A stretch of 16,114 nucleotides of DNA from Octopus sinensis (lineage: Eukaryota): positions 1 through 16,114 of the forward strand of contig NW_021825262.1 of NCBI RefSeq assembly GCF_006345805.1, in the 5' to 3' direction. Below, one piece after another: positions 1-8,115 of this stretch. Position 1 is the first letter of the stretch; the number at the start of each line of letters is the position of its first letter. A program made the translations under genes and the position numbers. The notes under the pieces are model-generated. The model ran no database searches. It saw nothing but the letters and a program-made list of their open reading frames with translations, and was not told the DNA's origin.

Positions 1-55
<55 letters not shown>

Positions 56-71
56 ATATATATGTATATAC

Positions 72-281
72 AAAATTTAGAAGCTTGACCACTAAAAGTG
101 GACAGCCTGTATGCTAGATATAGACGTCAAAATCGCTATTTTCCACGGAGAATGTGCTCTCAGGAAAAATTCAGCATTCAATATTTTTTTTGAGAACACA
201 TTCTCCGTGGAAAATGGCAATTTTGACATCTATATCTAGCATACAGGCTGTCCACTTTTAGTGGTCAATACTCTAAATTTT
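72..281. mobile_element. Long inverted repeat / fold-back (MITE-like) element with ~99 bp arms and a ~12 bp spacer
   Basis: 72-170 is the reverse complement of 183-281 with 9 mismatches by hand alignment, including a 40 bp perfect run (ttgaccactaaaagtggacagcctgtatgctagatataga). It sits beside a (TA)n tract. No clear TSD was resolved. Confidence 0.7.
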
Positions 282-369
282 TTATGTAAAAATTTTTATC
301 TTCGGATTTTTCAAATATGCTAGGCCACTGGTTTTAATTGATTAATATCAATTTCTACCCTTATTTAAT

Positions 370-431
<62 letters not shown>

Positions 432-893
432 GTATATTTACTCACACATGTATTGTCTTGTAACAGTATGAAATCAACGTCATACAGCTTGGAAAAGCCT
501 GTCTGAAGCCATTCCCCCTCACAGCTTGTTCTTTGTCGTCTTCCACTGTCGATAAGATATATTTATTGAACCAGGAAATTATAGGAACCTGTATTGTGCT
601 TGAGTGTTTCGTTATCAGATGCAGTTTGAAATATTAATAAGTCCTTTAAAAACATTCTTTTTGTACACACGCTGAGGAAGCAACAGTGAAGTTTAATGCT
701 CTGTTGGTGGTCGTGGTGGTGGTCATGGCGGTGGCAGCAGCAACAGTGGCAGCAGTTGTGGTGGTGGCAGCAGCGGAAAGGTAGTGGTAGGGTGGTGGTG
801 GGGTTGGGGGAGCTCAGTGTGTGTGTGTATGTATGCGTGTGTCTTGTTTTTAAGTTTTCAATTGCCTTATGTCAGTAAAATAACTACCCGTTT

Positions 894-926
<33 letters not shown>

Positions 927-940
927 TATGTATGTATGTA

Positions 941-975
<35 letters not shown>

Positions 976-997
976 GTGAATGTCCATATATACATAC

Positions 998-1054
<57 letters not shown>

Positions 1055-1058
<4 letters not shown>

Positions 1059-1259
1059 ATCCAAACAAGAAAACACAAAAAAACACAGCAACGCGAGGAA
1101 GTGGAACAATAAAGTATTATTGGACACTCAGGAAAGAAGGGAAGAAGGAGGGTTTTAACGTTTCGAGCAGAGCTCTTCGTTGGAAACAAAGGAGAAGGAA
1201 AGATCCCGAGAAGGGAAGACAGAGGAAAAAAAATTGCTGGCGGTGCTCACAAGGTCACA

Positions 1260-1260
<1 letters not shown>
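1055..1260 (-). mobile_element. Short Penelope-like (pLTR-type) element, copy 1, with a decayed hammerhead motif
   Basis: Near-identical direct repeat of 3128-3333, embedded in (TA)n. Minus strand reads GTTT-CCAACGA-A-GAGC-TCT-GCTC-GAAA-CGTT-AAAA. The Penelope assignment is inferred from the hammerhead architecture; no RT sequence is present. Confidence 0.6.
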
Positions 1261-1305
<45 letters not shown>

Positions 1306-1317
1306 TACATATATATA

Positions 1318-2179
1318 AGTAGTCTGATCAATAAGTATCCGGACTGTTGTCATGGTAATGAAGCTAAAACATGCAGAGTAAAGCTGCTTGGCAAAGACTG
1401 ACCTTGAACTCTGCCGTGCATGCGCACTAAGTTTTAATGTGCTTGCTCACTTCTGCTGTTTACAGCAGTGCTAGGAAGGAAGGCGTGTAGCATGTGATCC
1501 TTGCATTGACCACGACAAAGAAAGCTGAGCAAGAATCTGCATCAAATTTTGCCAAAAGCTTGGCGATATCTGCTCAGAGGCCTACGCAAAGTTTTCAAAA
1601 AGTTTTCACTGTTCTCGACACAATCAAAGAGATCTTGTGCAACTGAAACCCGAATGTCCTTTTGGTCAGCTCAAAGCAGTTTTGGCAGAGACTTGGCAGA
1701 CTCACATCTCATACCCAAATCTTCAGTGGTAATGGACTCAACTGAACCGTAACTAATCTGCACATCCTCTGATAACTCACGGATGGTGATTTGGTCATTT
1801 CCTCTCACAGCTATACGCATGTCTGTGATGTTTTTCTCAGTTCTGCTGGTTGCAGGTCTCCCAGAACGTTCGTCAATATCGACATTTTCTCAGCCACCTT
1901 GGAAACATCTGAAACCACTTGTGTGCATCTCATACACTCCTCTCCATACATTTTCTGCAACTTTGCAAAGGTCTCTGAGCAGGTATCACCATCACAACTT
2001 TCTCTGTCATGGTCAATGCGACGATCACACGCTACACACCTTCCTTCCAAGCACTGCTGTAAACAGCAGAAGTGAGCTAAAACATTAAAACTTAGTGTGC
2101 CCGAAGAGCCAAGTTCAAGGCCAATATTTGCCAAGCAGCTTCACTCTACATGCTTTAGCTTTGTTACTATGGCAACAGT
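1318..2179. mobile_element. Non-autonomous mariner derivative made of two inverted copies of the transposon 5' end
   Basis: Starts after TA with a mariner-type terminus (agtagtctgatcaataagtatccggactg). 1343-~1590 is an inverted copy of ~1965-2179, and both arms include the start of the transposase. The outer ~25 bp of the right terminus are missing where a SINE tail fragment abuts. Confidence 0.85.
1585..2010 (-). pseudogene. Mariner transposase N-terminal (DNA-binding) fragment, disrupted
   Basis: Manual translation across one frameshift: MTEKV..GDTCSETFAKLQKMYGEECMRCTQV / FRCFQGG*ENVDIDERSGRPATSRTEKNITDMRIAVRGNDQITIRELSEDVQISYGSVESITTEDLGMRCESAKSLPKLL*ADQKDIRVSVAQDLFDCVENSENFLKTL. ERSGRP, TIREL and LGMR..SAK..PKLL are mariner hallmarks. 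It has two stops and a ~34 bp deletion. The plus-strand arm (1512-1590) supplies the missing EQRICIKFCQKLGD. Confidence 0.9.
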
Positions 2180-2182
2180 ACC

Positions 2183-2247
2183 TTTTATTCTTTTATTCTT
2201 TCACTTGTTTCTATCATTTGACTGCAGGCATGCTGGGGCACCACCTT
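2183..2247 (-). mobile_element. SINE 3' tail fragment
   Basis: ttttattc...cacttgtttctatcatttgactgcaggcatgctggggcaccacc is the reverse complement of the tail of the SINE at 2292-2683. Confidence 0.75.
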
Positions 2248-2256
2248 ATATGTATG

Positions 2257-2288
<32 letters not shown>

Positions 2289-2291
2289 TAT

Positions 2292-2683
2292 GAGTGGCTG
2301 TGTGGTAAGTAGCTTGTTTACCAACCACATGGTTCCGGGTTCATTCCCACTGCGTGGCACCTTGGGCAAGTGTCTTCTACTATAGCCTCGGGCCGACCAA
2401 AGCCTTGTGAGTGGATTTGGTAGATGGAAACTGGAAGAAGCCCGTTGTATATATGTATATATATGTGTATGTATGTATATGCTTGTGTGTCTGTGTTTGT
2501 CCCTCCACCATTGCTTGACAACCGATGGTGGTGTGTTTACATCCCGTAACTTAGCGGTTCAGCAAAAGAGACTGATAGAATAAGTACTAGGCTTACAAAG
2601 AATAAGTCCTGGGGTCGATTTACTCGACTAGAAGGCAGTGCTCCAGCATGGCCGCAGTCAAATGACTGAAACAAGTAAAAGAG
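2292..2683 (+). mobile_element. Near full-length tRNA-derived SINE (octopus OR/CORE-type family, name tentative)
   Basis: Pol III A-box-like TGGCTGTGTGGT and B-box-like GGTTCATTCCC, a CORE-like ccttgggcaagtgtc, an internal (TA/TG) tract and a gaaacaagtaaaag tail. Homologous copies lie at 3686-4069, 9539-9897, 13717-13885 and 14791-15203. Confidence 0.85.
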
Positions 2684-2697
2684 TGTATATATATATG

Positions 2698-2728
<31 letters not shown>

Positions 2729-2911
2729 TGTATATATGTATGTGTGTGTATATATATATGTATGTATATTTTTCATATGTATATGTATGTATATCTGTGT
2801 AATATATGTTCTGCTCTAACCAAATTTGCAATCACATGTTTAATAAACCTATTTTAAGCATCACTGTGAAAACATGGCCCATTGTTAAAGTAAAGAACAG
2901 TAAACAGCCAG

Positions 2912-2924
2912 AGGTCAAAGGTCA
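2912..2924 (+). promoter_or_regulatory. Perfect DR1 nuclear-receptor element (AGGTCA-A-AGGTCA)
   Basis: Exact 13/13 consensus in non-repeat DNA, with a forkhead-type GTAAACA at 2900-2906. Function is not shown. Confidence 0.35.
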
Positions 2925-3127
2925 AGTCAACTAATCGATCAGCTTCAGCTTTTGTTAAAACCAGATTCAGGATTCGATTATTCTAAGTTGCTCACTGAGA
3001 GAATTATGGAATACTACATCATGAATAATGGAAGCATGGCCAGGAGTGACCCAATCTTTATATGTATATATGTGTATATATATACATATACATATATGTG
3101 TGTGTGTGTATGTGTGTGTGTGTGTGT

Positions 3128-3333
3128 GTTAATCCAGACAAGAAAACACAAAAAAACACAACAATGCGAGGACGTGGAACAAATATAGTATTATTGGACG
3201 CTCAGGAAAGAAGGGAAGAAGGAGGGTTTAACGTTTCGAGCGGAGCTCTTCGTCGGAAACATAGGAGAAGGAAAGATCCAGAGAAGGGAAGACAGAGGAA
3301 AAAAAATCGCTGGCGGTACTCACGAGGTCACAT
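3128..3333 (-). mobile_element. Short Penelope-like (pLTR-type) element, copy 2
   Basis: Direct repeat of 1055-1260, 2073 bp downstream, flanked by (TG)n and (TATG)n. Contains the hammerhead-like motif at 3226-3260. Confidence 0.6.
3226..3260 (-). ncRNA. Candidate minimal type I hammerhead ribozyme variant
   Basis: Minus strand reads GUUU (helix I) - CCGACGA (core, U4C) - A - GAGC/UCC/GCUC (helix II) - GAAA - C-GUU (helix III reduced to the palindrome AACGUU) - AAAC (helix I partner). Predicted cleavage is between 3230 and 3229. Confidence 0.5.
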
Positions 3334-3648
3334 ATGTATGTATATGCATGTTTGTGTGTGCATGTAGTGTAGCACATGTTGGCTACATGCATACAGACAT
3401 GTCTTCCTCTAGTGGACAGTCATTGCAAGGGGAATAACCCTTTCTTCAAAATATTTGGTGGGATTAGAAAGTTGACTTGGGAATTAAAGAAGCATAATGT
3501 AAAAGACTAACAGAAATCCCATATTCAATTTGTTTTTTCTTTACTTCATGAAAGATTCTTTGAATTTTCTAGTTGGTGCTAATCATGTACAGTAGTATTT
3601 CATTCTTTCTGGACGTGGATATATATACATATATACATATATACATAC

Positions 3649-3685
<37 letters not shown>

Positions 3686-4069
3686 TTCTCTTTTATTCTT
3701 TTACTTGTTTCAGTCATTTGATTGTGGCCATGCTGCAGCACTGCCTTAAGTTGAACAGATCAACCCAGGACTTATTTTTTATAAGCCTAGTACTTATCCT
3801 ATTGGTCACTTCTGTCAAACTGCTAAGTTACGTGGACATAAACACAATAACATCAGTTTTCAGCAGTGGTGGGGGGGACAAACACACACACACACACACA
3901 CACATACGACGGGTTCCTTTCAGTTTCTATTTACCAAATCCTCTCACAAGGCTTTGGTTGGCCTGAAGCTATAGCAGAAGACACTTGCTCAAGATGTCAT
4001 GCAGCGGGACTGAACCCGTAACCATGTGGTTGGGAAGCAAGCTACTTACCACACAGCCACTCCTGTGCC
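3686..4069 (-). mobile_element. Near full-length tRNA-derived SINE, same family as 2292-2683
   Basis: Reverse complement shows the head (ggcacaggagtggctgtgtggtaagtagc), B box (ggttcagtccc), internal (CA)n and tail (gaaacaagtaaaagaataaaag). Confidence 0.85.
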
Positions 4070-4093
4070 TATATATTTATATATACATATATC

Positions 4094-4236
4094 ATGATGA
4101 TGATCATCATCATCATTGTTTAATATCTGGTTTCCATGCTATCCTGGATTGGACAATTTGACAGGAGCTGATGCATTGGAAAATTGCCCCAGGTTCCAAT
4201 GTTGGCTTTGGCATGGCTTCTATAAATGGATGGCCT
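4094..4236 (-). mobile_element. 3' end of a (GAT)n-tailed retroposon (RTE-type tail, tentative)
   Basis: Reverse complement aaggccatcc...gaagccatgccaaag...gcatggaaaccagatattaaacaatgatgatg aligns with 4711-4845 and 9370-9531. Confidence 0.7.
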
Positions 4237-4689
4237 TATATGTGTGTATGTGTCTTTGTGTGTAAGTGTATGTGTGTATGTGTGTATGTGTATGTAGATA
4301 TGTGTATCTGTTAATGGCAAGTACATGAAATCCATATTTCAAATTCATGTAGGTTATTAGAGCATGTATGCACGTATGTATGTATGTGCATGAATGCGTG
4401 TATGTCTCTGTGTCTCTGTGTATGAATATCTTATGCACACACACACACGCAAACACCCACACACACATACATGCTTGGATAATTTTCATAAAATCATTTT
4501 ATAGATTTTTTTTTATACATTTCAATCTTATACAAAACACGATTAACCCTTTCGCAGACTCCTCCCCAACCACATCATATCTTCTTTTCTTTTTTCCTTT
4601 TTGCTTCTTCAGTTTGTACCATCTATAACTGATGCGCCCATGCTGGAGCAGCATCGTATGACTTCTTCTTATGCCATCTCTACTACGTA

Positions 4690-4845
4690 TTCTCAGGCCC
4701 ATGGTGTGGTTGGTGTTAGGAAGGGCATCCAGCCGTAGAAACCATGCCAAATCAGACTGGAACCTGGTGCAGCTCTCTAGCTTACCAGTTTCAGTCAAAC
4801 CATCCATCCATCCCACATGGACAGTCACAACCATTGAATGATGAT
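4690..4845 (+). mobile_element. 3' end of a (GAT)n-tailed retroposon
   Basis: tggttggtgttaggaagggcatccagccgtagaaaccatgccaaatcagactggaacctggtgcag...cagtcaaaccatcc runs into a long (GAT)n tract. Confidence 0.75.
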
Positions 4846-4967
4846 ATTGAGATCAATGATGACAATGATGATGAATGATAATGATATGAGATGATGGACA
4901 GGGATTGATGAATGATGATGATGGATGGTGGTGATGATGATGATGGTGATGATGATGATGATGATTG

Positions 4968-5002
<35 letters not shown>

Positions 5003-5062
5003 TGATGATTATGATGATGATGGTGGTGGTGGTGATGATGATGGTGATGGTGATGGTGAGGA
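4840..5062. repeat. (GAT/GGT)n microsatellite, an expanded retroposon tail
   Basis: Seen directly. It explains the poly-M/poly-D ORF at 4965-5174. Confidence 0.95.
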
Positions 5063-5320
5063 TGGTCTCAACCTTTTCCTGTCATTTGTTTGGATCAGGT
5101 GCCTTAGTATTTTTTTTCTTCTGTTCACTGGTTCCATGTTGATGGGTGAGAGTACAAAAAAAAATTCTATATAAAAATACCCACCCTTACAGCACAATCC
5201 TGCAAACACAAACAATCATCAGTACGTTCTGGGTAGCTGAGCATCGTGGGTAGTCACTGGGGTATGTTTTTGTTGTACCAGTAGAAACTTTGACTGGTTT
5301 CTGACCCGTGTTATCACTGA

Positions 5321-5559
5321 TCAGTTCACCATAAGTGCAACCTCATCGTCTTTTAACATCTGTTTTCAAAACTGGACAATTCTGCAGCAAATGACAAGTG
5401 AGAAGACTGCACCAAGCCATGCTGCCAACTGTATAATGGTTTCTATGTCTGGATTCCTCTCTTGATGCCAACTACTTTGGAGGATGTACTGGGTGCATTT
5501 TGATATGGCACCAGCAGCAGTGAGGTCACCAAGTAATTTATAAGACAAAACCCCTTCAT
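5321..5559 (-). other. Candidate coding exon (transmembrane segment plus short tail) with an in-frame TGA
   Basis: Polypyrimidine acceptor tttcctgtttccctcactcag ends at 5560. The frame reads DEGVLSYKLLGDLTAAGAISKCTQYILQSSWHQERNPDIETIIQLAAWLGAVFSLVICCRIVQF*KQMLKDDEVALMVN*. No homolog recognised. Confidence 0.2.
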
Positions 5560-5677
5560 CTGAGTGAGGGAAACAGGAAAAGGAGTCTTGGATTAGTGGG
5601 GAAACATGGCCCCTTCGGCTGGGGAGAGAATAGGTGAGACAACTCCTGTTGTCTTGAGACAAAACATTGTTTATTAA

Positions 5678-5831
5678 CCCTTTGGCCTCTCACACCTACC
5701 TGACAATGTCATTCTAAATATAGACAAGAACATCATCAAAATCTCAAATCTATGACAGAATACATAATTAATTGAAAATAATGTTAAGAAATGAGCTTTA
5801 CATTTGTCAGAGTAATTTGAACACTAAAGGG
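5678..5831 (+). mobile_element. TTAA-flanked MITE (piggyBac-like termini), internally deleted
   Basis: TTAA (5674-5677) + CCCTTTGG ... CTAAAGGG + TTAA (5832-5835). The internal sequence is homologous to 13400-13572. Confidence 0.75.
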
Positions 5832-5982
5832 TTAACTGTCATCCAATCAGTGGGCACAATTCTATCATGTGACGTTTTTCCCTCCCACATCATTAATTAT
5901 TTAAGACAGAGCTATTGTATCTATATATATGTACACACATACAGATACAATAGCTCTGCCTTGATTTCAAGTAACGGTACAT

Positions 5983-6028
<46 letters not shown>

Positions 6029-6460
6029 CTATAAGTTATCTCTACACATTTTCTATTTAATTTGGAACCAGTACTGATAGTTACAATATTTTTCATATGA
6101 ATACATCTACATAAACAATACAATCAAAGTGAGAAAAATAGAGAATGGGTGTACATCTGTATTTTAGGTATTATTACTCCGTCTTCAGCATCACATCACA
6201 TCCCTTTAACTAGCCACGAATACATTGCTTAAAAAGCCATTAAGTTTAGTGATGTAACACTACGGGATAGACCAATTTACATGTCAAGTACAATCTTGGC
6301 AGCTAGTACATATATATCGGTTGCTGGTACAGACACCGTTTCATTTTTCAAACATTATATACTAACAAGTCGGACACAACATTGACTGATAAACCTTTAA
6401 TACACTTAAATAGTATGTTATGATTGCAAAACAAAGCACAGTTTCCCTACAAGCAATTAA

Positions 6461-6847
6461 TACATACATACATACATACATACAATACATACATACATAC
6501 ATACACACACACATACATACATACATACATACATTCATACATACATACATACATACACACATACATACACACACATACATACATACATACATACATACAA
6601 ACACACATACATACATACATACATACATACACACACACACATACATACATACATACTACAACCATACATACATACACATACATACACACATACATACATA
6701 CATACATACATACATACACACAACATACACACACACATACATACATACACACACATACATACATACATACATAAATGTATAATACATACATACATACATA
6801 CACACATACATACATACATACATACATACACACATACATACACCACA

Positions 6848-6879
<32 letters not shown>

Positions 6880-6930
6880 CACATACACACACACACAAAC
6901 ACACACACACACACACATATATATATACAC
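6461..6930. repeat. (TACA)n/(CA)n microsatellite
   Basis: Seen directly. It generates the HTYI/MYVC pseudo-ORFs. Confidence 0.95.
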
Positions 6931-7019
6931 ACTTCCACATATATTTGCTTTGAGTTGACTCTCATGCCATTTGTTTGGTCGGTGGTTTAACCATTGTTCA
7001 GCAATGTTTACCCCACACT

Positions 7020-7464
7020 CCCTCCCTCCCCACCTACCCACCCACACGCGTGAACACCTCAGTACGTCCGTGAGTGTTGATTAATTAAAGACAATCGTGT
7101 GTCGTGTTAACCACATTTACGTGAGTGTTAATGCTTACTTTTAATATATATATATACAACTGGCAGTCAGAGTATGAACCGCATCGACGCTGGCACCGCC
7201 AAACCCCACCCCCGGCAACGACGTCACCACCACCACCACCACCACCACCACCACCACCATCACCTGGAAACGGATTTCAAAGGACCCGCGTTTCTTTCTC
7301 CTCCTCCTCCCTCCCCTCCCTCCCCCCTCCCCCCCATCTACACCAAATCGTATCTGAATATCGGGTAATAACGAGACAAATAAAAATAAATCTCACTCTC
7401 TCCTCAGAAATTGATCTTGCTTCATTTGTTATCCACTCCCCACCCCGTACCACACACCACACAC

Positions 7465-7504
<40 letters not shown>

Positions 7505-7560
7505 CCCCCCACCACCACCACCTCCAAACACTTCCGTTTTATCCACTCAAGTTTGCCACA
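7020..7560. promoter_or_regulatory. CpG-rich, promoter-like segment
   Basis: About 20 CpGs counted by hand in 7021-7380 versus 2 in 5341-5640. Contains GACGTCA (7220-7226), ETS-type CACTTCCG (7529-7536), C-rich tracts and splice-donor-like sites on both strands. Confidence 0.35.
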
Positions 7561-7639
7561 CAGCAATGATAATAACAATAATAATAATGATAATAATAGC
7601 GAAACAGTCAGAAACTGTATTATTCAATGAGATCAATAA

Positions 7640-7959
7640 AATGTGTGTGTGTGTGTGTGTGTGTTAGTATTTAGGCATTGTTATCAATCATGAACATGTG
7701 TGTGTATGCGAGTGTGTGTGTGCGTATGTGGGTTGTGAGCGTGTGCTTATGTGTTTGTCTTCCTGTGTGGGTGCATATGTGTGTGTGTGTGTTTGAGTGT
7801 GTATTGGTGTTTATATGTGTTTGTGTCTGTCAGTTTGTGTGTGTGTGAGTGTGTGTGTTTGTATGTTTGTATTAGTGTGTGTTTGTGGTGCGTATGTGAA
7901 TGTGCGTGTTTGTGATATGTATGTCTGTATGTGTGAGAGTGTGTGTGTTTGTGTATGTG

Positions 7960-7992
<33 letters not shown>

Positions 7993-8115
7993 TAATATTT
8001 AAATGTTGTTATCAGTTATGAACATGTGTGTATGTGTTTGTGTGTATCAGTATGTGTATGTATACGTGTGTGTGTCTGTGTGTGTGTGTGTGCCTGTGTC
8101 TGTGTATGTGTGTGT
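7640..8115. repeat. Degenerate (TG)n tract with a duplicated ~36 bp spacer
   Basis: gttagtatttaggcattgttatcaatcatgaacatg (7663-7698) recurs as gttaatatttaaatgttgttatcagttatgaacatg (7991-8026). Confidence 0.85.

Noticed and set aside
784-1086. ORFs made of YIYIYI, MYVC and HTHT runs (also 6362-7047, 8437-9006, 9579-10388)
   Set aside because: They are translations of (TA)n, (TACA)n and (TATC)n microsatellites, which lack stop codons in several frames.
2292-2365. SINE heads as tRNA genes (also 3990-4069 and 9539-9590)
   Set aside because: A/B boxes are present but no complete cloverleaf is evident, and each continues into the shared SINE body.
2904-3060. Protein-like frame IDQLQLLLKPDSGFDYSKLLTERIMEYYIMNNGSMARSDPIF
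   Set aside because: No convincing splice sites or ATG context, it runs into a microsatellite, and no family was recognised.
1055-3333. Reading the two 206 bp direct repeats as LTRs of one retrotransposon
   Set aside because: No TG...CA ends, primer-binding site, polypurine tract or gag/pol remnant. The interior is explained by a mariner derivative, SINEs and unique DNA.
4544-4555. ttaaccctttcg, resembling another TTAA-MITE terminus
   Set aside because: No matching opposite terminus or internal homology was found nearby.
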